25,055 nucleotides of DNA from an uncultured Dehalococcoidales bacterium (GTDB taxonomy: Bacteria > Chloroflexota > Dehalococcoidia > GIF9 > AB-539-J10): positions 1 to 25,055 of the forward strand of contig CAZILT010000068.1 in NCBI GenBank assembly GCA_964540185.1. The letters run 5' to 3'. Positions 1-8,477 of this stretch are shown here, piece by piece. Positions within the stretch are counted from its first letter, which is position 1. Every line of letters starts with the position of its first letter. Position numbers and translations under genes: made by a program. The notes under the pieces are model-generated. The model was not told the DNA's origin and did not search any database. It worked only from the letters and a program-made list of their open reading frames with translations.

Positions 1-230
1 GTACGTAAATACCAAGCCAGCCCCATACCCAGGTAAAAAGGTACGCTGGCCGCAATAGCAAAAATTGCCAGCAGTAGCCAGGAAATCGGCTCCAGGCCAA
101 TGGCGACGTTCGCAGCATCGCCAATGATCCCAAGTAAGGCAAATATGACGCCGAGAAACCAACCGACGTGAGCCCACAGCCCCACTACACGAACATCAGA
201 CATCTGTTTACGATCTTCCCAACGATACAT
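1..230 (-). CDS. Small hydrophobic membrane protein, hypothetical; 3' end runs off the window
   Basis: Not in the ORF track. SD AAAGGAGGTG at 237-246 precedes ATG at 230. The frame stays open to the window edge: MYRWEDRKQMSDVRVVGLWAHVGWFLGVIFALLGIIGDAANVAIGLEPISWLLLAIFAIAASVPFYLGMGLAWYLR..., with 2-3 hydrophobic stretches. Confidence 0.8.
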   Translation of the reverse strand, partial: MYRWEDRKQMSDVRVVGLWAHVGWFLGVIFALLGIIGDAANVAIGLEPISWLLLAIFAIAASVPFYLGMGLAWYLR

Positions 231-265
231 CAATATCACCTCCTTTAAACCGATTTAAGGAAAGT

Positions 266-312
266 AAAAAGGGCACAACTAACCGCCATTGAACAGGCGA
301 TTCCGTGCCCTT
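266..312 (-). terminator. Terminator-like hairpin within the 5' leader of the small membrane-protein gene
   Basis: On the minus strand: AAGGGCAC...GTGCCCTT 8-bp stem enclosing a CGCC/GGCG inner hairpin, with a U5 tract at 266-270. It lies between the promoter and the SD. Confidence 0.5.
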
Positions 313-365
313 ATTCCCTCCTCTCTCCTCCTAAACCAGCATGCTATTCACATACCGACAGTTTA

Positions 366-394
366 AGCATACTCCCTATCTCTGTGGTTGTCAA
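366..394 (-). promoter_or_regulatory. Sigma70-type promoter
   Basis: TTGACA (394-389), 17-nt spacer, TATGCT (371-366). Confidence 0.7.
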
Positions 395-572
395 TAGATA
401 ATTTGGAGCCTCATATCAACCAGTCTAAAGCTCTTGCCCAACACAGATGAGAAGCCCTCCGAAATTATGTGGTGCGGCGGTAAGAATCTAGCTGTTATGC
501 GGCCGAAGAGGAGTTATTGGTCTTTGGTCACTGCTCCAGGTCCGGTTGCTGCCATTTATCTGTTAAGACACC

Positions 573-1382
573 TCATTTACAAGACTGACAATTAGGGCAG
601 AAGTAGGTGCCTCGGTTTCGCACCAAAATCCGCTCAATAGGAGAATGGCAAACAGGGCACGGCTGCCCTTTCCTATGGGCAACTTTAAAATCAAACTGGG
701 CACGGCCGAGCTGCCCCTCTGGGCGGACATAGGTATCAACGCTGGCGCCTTTATTGCCAATGGCTGATGCCAGGACATCACGAATAGAGTGATGTAATCT
801 CTGAATCTCCTTGGCTGATAGGGTGTCTGTCCTTCTCAAAGGGTGAATTCGAGCAGCGAACAGAATCTCATCAGCATACATGTTGCCAATCCCAGCAATG
901 AACTTCTGGTCAAGGAGAGCTGCTTTTACAGGGATATGGTGTTCCCCTAGCAGTTTTGACAATATTTCGGAGGTAAAGCCCTTGGCTAATGGCTCAGGCC
1001 CCAGCTTACCAATGATAATCCTGGCATCTTCTACCAGCTGGATTACACCTAATCGGCGTCGGTCGCTGAAAACAAGCCGCGCACCGTTGGGAAAATGGAA
1101 AACCGCTCTGGCATAGTGGTCAACACTCTCTGGATTTAATAACAGCGCCCCGGTCATTCTAAGATGCATGATTAACGACAGTTCACTCGATAGATGAAAA
1201 ATGAGATATTTCCCTCGCCGCTCCAGAGATTCCACCATTTGTCCAACTAGCTGCTGAAGTTCCCCAGCGGAAGGCCATCGTAGCAGCTTCTTGTCCAGAA
1301 GGGTAACCTGGGTAAAGCACTGCCCGATTATCCGGGGCAGAAGCTCAATTCTAATTGTTTCTACTTCAGGTAATTCAGGCAC
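573..1382 (-). CDS. mutM: Formamidopyrimidine-DNA glycosylase / AP lyase
   Basis: N-terminal PELPEVE (GTG start at 1382), RRGKYL, HLRMTG, GIGNMYADE H2TH region, and C-terminal zinc finger CPVC...CPNC. Confidence 0.97.
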   Translation of the reverse strand: MPELPEVETIRIELLPRIIGQCFTQVTLLDKKLLRWPSAGELQQLVGQMVESLERRGKYLIFHLSSELSLIMHLRMTGALLLNPESVDHYARAVFHFPNGARLVFSDRRRLGVIQLVEDARIIIGKLGPEPLAKGFTSEILSKLLGEHHIPVKAALLDQKFIAGIGNMYADEILFAARIHPLRRTDTLSAKEIQRLHHSIRDVLASAIGNKGASVDTYVRPEGQLGRAQFDFKVAHRKGQPCPVCHSPIERILVRNRGTYFCPNCQSCK

Positions 1383-1573
1383 TTTTCCCAATCAGTATAG
1401 CAACATGAGCCTCAGGATAGAAGCCGCAGGCTGCTAGAATGCAGTGCGGATGTAGCAAGAACATGCCATTGATGGAACAAAATCCCTTTGGTAGGATTCC
1501 AGTGGAGATATAGCAGTAGTTATCGCTGTTTGAGGGCTTGTCCTTGTCTAAATAGCAGAGGGGAGGGGATAGA

Positions 1574-1603
1574 TTGAAAACCCCTTGGGTAGTGGGGTAT
1601 AAT
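1574..1603 (+). promoter_or_regulatory. Probable sigma70 promoter of the CoA-ligase/lyase operon
   Basis: TTGAAA (1574-1579), 18-nt spacer, TATAAT (1598-1603). Strong SD AAGGAGGT precedes ATG 1715. Confidence 0.55.
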
Positions 1604-1714
1604 TGAATGAGTATGAGGGGAACTTCTGGGGGCATTGAGGAAGATACGGGATCATATTAATTAAAAGCACTACGCAGAAGAAGGGGGAGTGTATTAAGTT
1701 TAAAGGAGGTGTAA

Positions 1715-2962
1715 ATGGCTAGGTTATTCGAATACCAAGGGAAGGAGTTTCTCAAGGATGCTGGGATTGCGATTCCAACAGGGGGAGTTGCCTCTACCGC
1801 GAAAGAAGCATCTGAAGTTGCCGCCAGAATAGGGAAACCAGTGGCGGTAAAGGCGCAAGTTTGGGTTGGAGGTCGGGGAAAAGCCGGTGGGGTAAAACTT
1901 GCTGATACACCGGAAGAGGCCGAGAAGGCAGCTAAGGCTATTTTAGGAATGGAAATAAAGGGGTTCCCTGTCCGAAAGGTGCTGGTAGAAGAGAAATTGG
2001 ATATCGGGAAGGAATATTATGTGGGTATAATTCCTGACGGTTCGTGGGAGAGCAGATGTCCAGTACTTATGTTCAGCACCGAAGGGGGGATGGAGATAGA
2101 GGCAGTTCCTGAGGATAAAATTTTCCGAGCAAAGGTTGATTACCTTGAAGGGTTCCCCTTCTATGATGCTTTGGATATGGCTAGCAGTGCAGGTATTCCG
2201 AACGAGTTGCTTAAGGAAATGGCAGGAGTGATTTCTAAGCTGGTGGCAGTCTTTAAGAAGCGTGACTGCAATATATTGGAGATCAACCCTTTAGTAGTAA
2301 CTAAAGAGGGTCAGGTGATTGCAGGAGACTGTCGTATGAGTATTGACGATAGCTCGAGCTTCCGCCACCCCGAGATGGGGATCACTATCCCTAGAGAGTT
2401 TCCCTGGGAACCAACTGATTTTGACCTAGTTGGTTGGGGAATTGAAGAAACTGACCTTCGTGGCTCAGGCTTTGTTATGAAGATGACACTGGATGAAACA
2501 AGTCCCGGATTTATTGGCTTCCACGCCATTGGTGGCGGAGCAGCTATGATAGGGATGGACGCACTCAGCAGAGTGGGTCTCAAACCGGCAAATTTTGCTG
2601 ATACAAGTGGCAATCCAGTGGGTTCCAAAATTTACCGAGTGGCCAAAGTAGTTCTAGCCCAGCCCAACATTGAAGGTTACCTGCTGGCTGGCTTTCTAAT
2701 TGCTAATCAGGAACAGTGGCATCACGCTCATGCCATAGTCAAGGCTTTAAGAGAAGAACTTCCTAAAAGGCCAGGGTTTCCTTGTGTCCTTCTTTTGGCC
2801 GGGAATAAAGAGGAGGAGTCTTTACAGATACTGAAGGAGGGTCTGAAAGGTCTGCCTGGGCGTATCGAAATTTACGGGAGCGAGCGTGTAGAGGATAGTG
2901 ACTTCATTGGAAAGAGGATGGTGGCGTTAGTAGAAGAATATCGTAAGGAAAAAGGAAGATAA
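1715..2962 (+). CDS. ADP-forming acyl-CoA synthetase beta-like subunit (ATP-grasp; SucC/citryl-CoA synthetase/ACL superfamily), substrate unknown
   Basis: ATP-grasp N-terminus LFEYQGK...KAQV..GGRGKAGGVK, EINPL, GDCRM. C-terminal domain has GGGAAM, ANFADTSGNP and GFLIANQEQW instead of SucC GAGLAM, FLDVGGG and NIFGGIVRCD. Confidence 0.85.
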   Translation: MARLFEYQGKEFLKDAGIAIPTGGVASTAKEASEVAARIGKPVAVKAQVWVGGRGKAGGVKLADTPEEAEKAAKAILGMEIKGFPVRKVLVEEKLDIGKEYYVGIIPDGSWESRCPVLMFSTEGGMEIEAVPEDKIFRAKVDYLEGFPFYDALDMASSAGIPNELLKEMAGVISKLVAVFKKRDCNILEINPLVVTKEGQVIAGDCRMSIDDSSSFRHPEMGITIPREFPWEPTDFDLVGWGIEETDLRGSGFVMKMTLDETSPGFIGFHAIGGGAAMIGMDALSRVGLKPANFADTSGNPVGSKIYRVAKVVLAQPNIEGYLLAGFLIANQEQWHHAHAIVKALREELPKRPGFPCVLLLAGNKEEESLQILKEGLKGLPGRIEIYGSERVEDSDFIGKRMVALVEEYRKEKGR

Positions 2963-2978
2963 GGGAGGGTCTATTTCC

Positions 2979-3266
2979 ATGGAATTTGAAGAAAGAACCA
3001 TTAAAGTAATCATTGATACAACTAAGTGCCCTGATTGTGTAAGCAAAGCTTGTGTAGAGGCCTGTAAGCTTTACAGCCGAGGAATTTTGCGATTAAGCGA
3101 TGGGAAGCCCTCTGTGAGTCATCTTAGCCCTGAAGAGGTGAAGCGGAAGGGCACGGAATGCCTGGCGTGTGAGTATGCATGCTGGCAACGTGGCAATAAT
3201 GCCATCCGTATCGAGATTCCTATTAAGGGCCTCGGTGATTATCTGAGGAAACGCAATCTTAAATAG
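2979..3266 (+). CDS. Ferredoxin-like Fe-S protein (7 Cys)
   Basis: C17xxC20xxxxC25xxxC29 and C61xxC64xxxC68 in 95 aa. Has its own SD (GGGAGG) and sits between the beta and alpha genes. Confidence 0.8.
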   Translation: MEFEERTIKVIIDTTKCPDCVSKACVEACKLYSRGILRLSDGKPSVSHLSPEEVKRKGTECLACEYACWQRGNNAIRIEIPIKGLGDYLRKRNLK

Positions 3267-3275
3267 GGGGTAAAA

Positions 3276-4172
3276 ATGTCGATTCTTATTAATGAAAATA
3301 CCACGGTAATTGTCCAAGGGATAACTGGCCGGGAAGGTTCTCTCCGATCTAAGTATATGAAAGATTACGGCACCAGGGTGCTAGCAGGCACCTCTCCCGG
3401 CAGAGGTGGGGAGGAGGTGGCTGGGATTCCTGTCTATAATACTGTTAAGGAAGCAGTGAAGGCCCAAGGTCAGATAGATATGAGTGTCACCTTTATTCCA
3501 GGCCCGGGATTGAAGATGGCGGCACGGGAGGCCATTGATGGTGGCATCAAAATTATTGTCTGTCCAGTAGAGAGGGTGCCCCTTCATGATATCATGGAGA
3601 TGGTGGCACTAGCCAAGAAGGCAGGAGTTATGATAGTCGGGCCAGGGTCCATTGGTGTTATAAGCCCGGGGAAGGCTGTTGCTGGATGGTTGGGGGGGAA
3701 TATAGAGTGGGCGACTAAGCTATTTCATCCTGGTCCAATTGGAGTTTTATCTCGGAGCGGTGGTGAGTCTGGGACAGTACCCTGGGTTCTCAAGCAGGGT
3801 GGGATTGGTGTAAGCACAGCTATTCATACAGGCACTGAACCAATTCTTGGAATGTCTTTTGCTGATTTTCTTCTCCAGTTTGAGAAAGATGAACAGACTC
3901 TGGCTGTAGCTGCTTTTGGTGAGATTGGTGGCAGTCAGGAGGAAGAGGCCGCTGAGCTTATCAGGGCTGGTAGAGTTACCAAGCCTTTCGTCATCTACAT
4001 TGCTGGCGCAGCAGCTCCTGAAGGACAGCGCTTTTCTCATGCATCTGCCATAGTAGAACGAGGGCGTGGGACGGTGGAAGGCAAGGTAAAGACTCTTCGT
4101 GAATCCGGGGCTTACCCGGTGGAAACACCTAAAGAAATCGTCCCAACGCTTAAAAGGGTGTTAAAATTATAA
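3276..4172 (+). CDS. ADP-forming acyl-CoA synthetase alpha-like subunit (SucD-like, CoA-binding)
   Basis: VIVQGITGREG CoA-binding Rossmann motif, GPGSIG, SRSGG, IGGSQEE, and phospho-His motif RFSHASAI (SucD: MGHAGAI). Confidence 0.88.
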   Translation: MSILINENTTVIVQGITGREGSLRSKYMKDYGTRVLAGTSPGRGGEEVAGIPVYNTVKEAVKAQGQIDMSVTFIPGPGLKMAAREAIDGGIKIIVCPVERVPLHDIMEMVALAKKAGVMIVGPGSIGVISPGKAVAGWLGGNIEWATKLFHPGPIGVLSRSGGESGTVPWVLKQGGIGVSTAIHTGTEPILGMSFADFLLQFEKDEQTLAVAAFGEIGGSQEEEAAELIRAGRVTKPFVIYIAGAAAPEGQRFSHASAIVERGRGTVEGKVKTLRESGAYPVETPKEIVPTLKRVLKL

Positions 4173-4258
4173 TATAGGAGGTGTGTTGATATGTAGTGTG
4201 GCGATATGTTGAGGTTTTTCCGGGGTAGTCAAAATTTAAATTCATAGGAGGTAAGGAT

Positions 4259-5155
4259 ATGCCAGTACTGCGTTCAGTGTTTTATGTTCCAGGAAATAAG
4301 GAGGAACTAATTGCCAAGATTCCAAGGATACCGGCGGATGTTATTACGCTGGATATCGAGGATTCTGTGCCCCCGGCAGAGAAGCAAAAGGCACGAGAAT
4401 TGAGTCATAAGAATCTCAAATTTGCAGCATCATCGGGAGCAGATGTTTATTGTCGTGTCAACAACTGGGAAACGGGTATGACCAATGCTGATTGTGAAGC
4501 TATAGTTGATAAGGGACTTGCGGCTGTCTGCCTGGCTAAGTGTGGTGGGGCCGATGATGTAAAGCGCCTGGCCTGGAAACTAGAAGAAATGGAACAGAGG
4601 AAGGGGTTAGAGGTAGGGAGCGTAAAAATTCAGCTATTGATTGAAACCGCTAAGGGCATGATGAATGTTTACGCGGCTGCTACTGCAAGTCCGAGGGTCA
4701 ATTCACTGATTTTTGGAGCAGTGGACTACACCACAGATATGAGAGTTACACTGACTCAGCCGATCGGTGAGGAACAAAAGTGGGCCAGGGCACGCATGGC
4801 CTGTGCCGCTAGAGCTGCCGGCATTATAGCCATCGACTGCCCCTACGTAGCTTTCAAGGATACTGAAGGTTTTGAGAAGGATACACTCTACGGGCGGCAG
4901 TTAGGCTTCGAAGGAAGGATGCTGATTCATCCCAGCCAGATTGAGCCTTCTCATAGAATCTACTCCCCCGCACCTGAGAGGGTAGAGTGGGCTAGAGAGG
5001 TTGTCAAGGTGTTTGAGGAGGAGGGAATTGCCAAGGGGTCGGCAGCAGTGTCATACAAAGGCAAGATGGTGGATACTCCTGTTTATATCGGAGCCAAGAA
5101 GATTCTTGATGCCCAGACGGAGATCGAAGCCAGGGAGAGAAAAAGAGCAGGGTAG
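4259..5155 (+). CDS. CitE/HpcH-HpaI family acyl-CoA lyase (citryl/malyl/citramalyl-CoA lyase type)
   Basis: RSVFYVPGN, LDIEDSV, RVN, LIETAKG, FGAVDY, LIHPSQI, GKMVD motifs. SD AGGAGGT. Confidence 0.9.
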   Translation: MPVLRSVFYVPGNKEELIAKIPRIPADVITLDIEDSVPPAEKQKARELSHKNLKFAASSGADVYCRVNNWETGMTNADCEAIVDKGLAAVCLAKCGGADDVKRLAWKLEEMEQRKGLEVGSVKIQLLIETAKGMMNVYAAATASPRVNSLIFGAVDYTTDMRVTLTQPIGEEQKWARARMACAARAAGIIAIDCPYVAFKDTEGFEKDTLYGRQLGFEGRMLIHPSQIEPSHRIYSPAPERVEWAREVVKVFEEEGIAKGSAAVSYKGKMVDTPVYIGAKKILDAQTEIEARERKRAG

Positions 5156-5230
5156 TAGTGCAGTGCTAAAACAGCTGTGTCTGAAATAGTGCCCCAGTTG
5201 GCAAGCGAATTTGAAAAGGAGGTAATCAAT

Positions 5231-6616
5231 ATGGGTGTAATAACTGCAGCTAAATTACAGGATGTTGTTGGTAAGGATTGGGTGGTAACAGCAGCAGAAC
5301 AAATGATGGACTATATGCAGGATGCAGTGATGGGAGCTGTAATCCCTAAGCCTGCCAAAAACATCATCGTGGCAAAACCAGCTAATGCACAAGAGATATC
5401 AGAGATATTGAAGCTGGCAAATAAGAAGAAATTCCCCGTCATCGTCAGAGGTGGAGGAAGTGGAATGGCTGGTGGTGCTGTACCAAATATAGACTGTGTG
5501 CTTCTCTCACTAGAAAGAATGAACAAGATTGTAGAGATAAGCAAAGAGGATTTAATGATCACCGTTGAAGCAGGCAAGCCTTACGGGGAGATGTGCGAAG
5601 CTGTAGAAGCTGAGGGTATGTTCTTCGCCCCCAGGCCAGGGGATTTGGGTGCTCATTGTGGTGGCATAGTAGCAACCAATGCCGGTGGGTCAAGAGCAGT
5701 GAAGTATGGTGTCACAAGGGCTTTCCTGAAAGGCATGGAGGTTGTGACCCCCGCTGGCGAAATATTGCATCTCGGTGGAAAGCTACTTAAGTATTCTATG
5801 GGTCTTGATTTAGCACATTTGTTTGTGGGCAGCAAAGGAACTTTGGGTGTAATAACTCAGGTTACCTTCAGGCTGGCGGTCAAGGCACCCTTTAGTGCCC
5901 TTCTGCTGGCATCATACGATGATCGTCTTGAATGTATGAAAGTTGCTCCACACGTAACTGCAGCAATGATAATTCCTCTGGCCGGGGAGTACATCGATCA
6001 CGACTTGGCCGTCGATACTGCCAAGTACCTGGGCCTTGAGTGGCCTGCCAAGAAAGGGAAGGCTCACATATTTTTTGTCAGCGAAGGACCAAATGAGGAT
6101 GTAGTATACGCTGAGCTCGAGAAAATATCTGGGATATGTGAGGAGCATGGAGCCATCGATATACTGATGGCGGAGAGAAAAGAAGAGCAGAACGCCGTTT
6201 TATCGTCGAGGGGTGAGACAGGCTCAATGCAGAAGGCGGCCGGTAATATAGGGGACTTCATGGATGTAGCTGTGCCTCCGTCTCGTGTGGCAGACCTCTT
6301 TGCGGGAATACTAGATCTCGAGAAGAAATACAACACCTGGATACCCACCTGTGGACATGCAAGCGATGGTAATTTACATCCTACGCCGCTGAAGGAACTT
6401 GCAGATAGAGGCGTGCTTGAGGATTGTAAGACTGACATGTACAAGAAAGTTATCGAGTTAGGCGGGGTTTTAACTGGCGAACACGGCATAGGGACAATCA
6501 GGCTTCACAATACTCCTTTATGGCCTGAGCCCCAAGTGTGGGAATATATGAGAAAGGTCAAAAAGGCATTTGACCCGAACAATATATTAAATCCGCAGCG
6601 TGAGATTCCGGACTAA
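5231..6616 (+). CDS. FAD-linked 2-hydroxyacid oxidoreductase, GlcD/LctD/D-lactate dehydrogenase family
   Basis: RGGGSGMAGG, GGIVATNAGG..AVKYG, GSKGTLGVIT, GHASDGNLHP, GEHGIG, FDPNNILNP. Start reassigned from 5177 to ATG 5231, behind SD AAGGAGGT. Confidence 0.9.
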   Translation: MGVITAAKLQDVVGKDWVVTAAEQMMDYMQDAVMGAVIPKPAKNIIVAKPANAQEISEILKLANKKKFPVIVRGGGSGMAGGAVPNIDCVLLSLERMNKIVEISKEDLMITVEAGKPYGEMCEAVEAEGMFFAPRPGDLGAHCGGIVATNAGGSRAVKYGVTRAFLKGMEVVTPAGEILHLGGKLLKYSMGLDLAHLFVGSKGTLGVITQVTFRLAVKAPFSALLLASYDDRLECMKVAPHVTAAMIIPLAGEYIDHDLAVDTAKYLGLEWPAKKGKAHIFFVSEGPNEDVVYAELEKISGICEEHGAIDILMAERKEEQNAVLSSRGETGSMQKAAGNIGDFMDVAVPPSRVADLFAGILDLEKKYNTWIPTCGHASDGNLHPTPLKELADRGVLEDCKTDMYKKVIELGGVLTGEHGIGTIRLHNTPLWPEPQVWEYMRKVKKAFDPNNILNPQREIPD

Positions 6617-6644
6617 CCCTTTTCACTTCTTCATCTGTATTGGA

Positions 6645-6688
6645 CAGGGGTTGTTCAGCTAGCAAAACGATTACCTGAACAACCCCTG
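6645..6688. terminator. Perfect 14-bp inverted repeat between convergent operons; probable bidirectional terminator or repeat element
   Basis: CAGGGGTTGTTCAG (6645-6658) / CTGAACAACCCCTG (6675-6688), 16-nt loop, no clear U-tract. Confidence 0.5.
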
Positions 6689-6810
6689 AGATTTACCAAG
6701 AATGGCAAAAGACTAGAGCGTCAGTCTCTCTGTAGAGGCAACAGGTGGTATGTGCTGAATTGAGAACCTCCAAGCAATCCTAGGGCAGGTCGAGATACCT
6801 CACCTGGATA

Positions 6811-7071
6811 TTATTCGTCTGTTATCCCTTGGCTGTGAAGATAATCAACGGCGTCTTGGACAGTCCACATTTTTTCAGCATCTTCGTCGGCTATTTCTAG
6901 CCTCTTTCCCGGGAGGCTGAATTCCTCCTCTATAGCTGTAATCAGTTCAACTAAGTCTAACGAGTCGGCGTTAAGGTCATCCGTAAAGGATGTTTCCGTG
7001 GTTATCTCTTTCTGTTCCACTTCTAATTGTTCCACGATTACTTCCCTCAGACGTTCAAAAACAGTTGCCAT
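6811..7071 (-). CDS. acpP: Acyl carrier protein
   Basis: [13 protein letters not shown] phosphopantetheine-Ser motif, acidic 86 aa, SD GGAGGT. Confidence 0.96.
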   Translation of the reverse strand: MATVFERLREVIVEQLEVEQKEITTETSFTDDLNADSLDLVELITAIEEEFSLPGKRLEIADEDAEKMWTVQDAVDYLHSQGITDE

Positions 7072-7085
7072 TTTACCTCCTTGAA

Positions 7086-7517
7086 TTAGAGTTTCCCCAT
7101 CTGTGAGTTTCTCACGCTATATTTGGTTACTATTGAACCTAACACTCCATTAACCAACTGCGATGAACAATCGCTACCAAAGGTCTTGGCTAACTCCACA
7201 GCCTCATTTATAGCTACCTTAAACGGAGTCTTATTATCAAATAAAATCTCAAAAATGGCAAGACGCAGGATATTTCTATCGATGGCAGCCATTTGCTCTA
7301 CAGGAAAAGCAGGTGCGAAACACTTAATGAGGTCATCAAGGTTAGGTTTATTTTTAAGCACTCCTTGTATAAGCTGCTCACTAAAGTTGAGCACTTCTTG
7401 TGGCACTGCCTTCTCAGTTGCTAGATGAGATAAGGCCTCTTCTCCACTATGTGTAGTGCAGTCAAGTTCGTAAAGTATCTGAAGGGCAATAGCCCTTGCC
7501 TTTCGTCTGGAGCCCAT
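7086..7517 (-). CDS. nusB: Transcription antitermination factor NusB
   Basis: [41 protein letters not shown]. Confidence 0.96.
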   Translation of the reverse strand: MGSRRKARAIALQILYELDCTTHSGEEALSHLATEKAVPQEVLNFSEQLIQGVLKNKPNLDDLIKCFAPAFPVEQMAAIDRNILRLAIFEILFDNKTPFKVAINEAVELAKTFGSDCSSQLVNGVLGSIVTKYSVRNSQMGKL

Positions 7518-7519
7518 AG

Positions 7520-8467
7520 TTAGATGTTTTTATTTGAATTTTTCAATTGTGTAATATCTGCGATTTCTGAGATGTTGAAGGTCCTTACTTCTGAGTTGAT
7601 TCGCTTAATCAAGCCAGTGAGCACCTTCCCAGGGCCAATCTCGTAGAAGGAAGTGATGCCATTATGTATCATATATTCAACAGAGGGCTGCCACTGGATG
7701 CAATGACGAAGCTGTTTTACAAGCTCCTCCTTTATAGAGTCGACATCAGTCAGTGGTTGAGCGGTTACATTGGATATTATGGGGATGGTTGGTGGTTGGA
7801 ATGTGAAATCTGAAATAACCTTGCCGAAGGCATCTATAATCGGTTCCATCAAAGCGGAATGAAAAGCCCCACTTACCTCCAAGGGAACAAGGCGCCGGGC
7901 ACCTTTCATTCTGGCCAGTTTGCTAGTTTCGGCTAAAGCATCAGCAGCACCACTGATTACAATCTGTCCCGGGCAGTTAATGTTGGAGATGTTACATTTA
8001 TTATGACGGCATATATCCTCAATTCCCTCTGTATCAAGTCCTATTATAGCTAGCATGCCTCCTTGCTTTTCCTGCCCTGCTTTATACATTAATTTGCCCC
8101 TTTCACGGACTAAGTTTGCAGCGTCGCCTAAACTAAGCACTCCGGCAGCTACCAGAGCGGTGTATTCGCCCAAGCTGTGCCCAGCGACGACGGTAGGGGG
8201 GGGCAAATCCTTATTACCACCTTGCCCAGCTGCCCTCAGACAGGCAATGCTGGTTACCAGAATTGCCTGTTGGACATTATCTGTTCTTTTCAGTTCCTCT
8301 TCTGGTCCTTCAAAGCATAGCTGAGAGAGGGGGAAGCCCAGGGCGGCCTCAGCTTCATCGAAAGCTTCTCTGGCCGATGGATACCTATTACATAGGTCTA
8401 ACCCCATGCCAACTCCCTGGGATCCTTGCCCGGGGAAAACATAAGCTGCCTTAAGCGGGTGAGTCAT
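7520..8467 (-). CDS. fabD: Malonyl-CoA:ACP transacylase
   Basis: FPGQGSQ, catalytic GHSLGEY, VSGAFHS, EIGPGKVL. Confidence 0.96.
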   Translation of the reverse strand: MTHPLKAAYVFPGQGSQGVGMGLDLCNRYPSAREAFDEAEAALGFPLSQLCFEGPEEELKRTDNVQQAILVTSIACLRAAGQGGNKDLPPPTVVAGHSLGEYTALVAAGVLSLGDAANLVRERGKLMYKAGQEKQGGMLAIIGLDTEGIEDICRHNKCNISNINCPGQIVISGAADALAETSKLARMKGARRLVPLEVSGAFHSALMEPIIDAFGKVISDFTFQPPTIPIISNVTAQPLTDVDSIKEELVKQLRHCIQWQPSVEYMIHNGITSFYEIGPGKVLTGLIKRINSEVRTFNISEIADITQLKNSNKNI

Positions 8468-8477
8468 ATATTCCTAG

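Noticed and set aside
1-230. Reductive dehalogenase membrane anchor RdhB
   Set aside because: It has its own promoter with no rdhA upstream on that strand, and no motif I can match to RdhB.
395-572. Short ORFs downstream of mutM (e.g. MAATGPGAVTKDQ on the minus strand)
   Set aside because: Very short, poorly spaced SD, no recognisable homology.
1320-1340. Palindrome TGCCCGATTATCCGGGGCA within mutM
   Set aside because: It causes no length change in MutM and has no second copy in the window; compatible with chance.
1407-1418. Exact 12-mer GAGCCTCAGGAT shared with 23239-23228
   Set aside because: Tens of 12-mer matches are expected by chance in 25 kb across both strands, and there is no flanking similarity.
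1375-1635. 86-aa minus-strand ORF upstream of mutM
   Set aside because: It spans the divergent promoter region, has no SD, and its composition is not protein-like.
1715-4172. Annotating the pair as TCA-cycle succinyl-CoA synthetase sucCD
   Set aside because: The succinate-binding loops (GAGLAM, NIFGGIVRCD) are absent, a ferredoxin is interposed, and the context is lyase/flavoprotein rather than TCA genes.
1715-5155. Calling it ATP-citrate lyase or reverse-TCA evidence
   Set aside because: The ACL citrate-binding Thr and Arg equivalents appear replaced, and there is no citrate-synthase-like CCL domain or other rTCA gene in the window.
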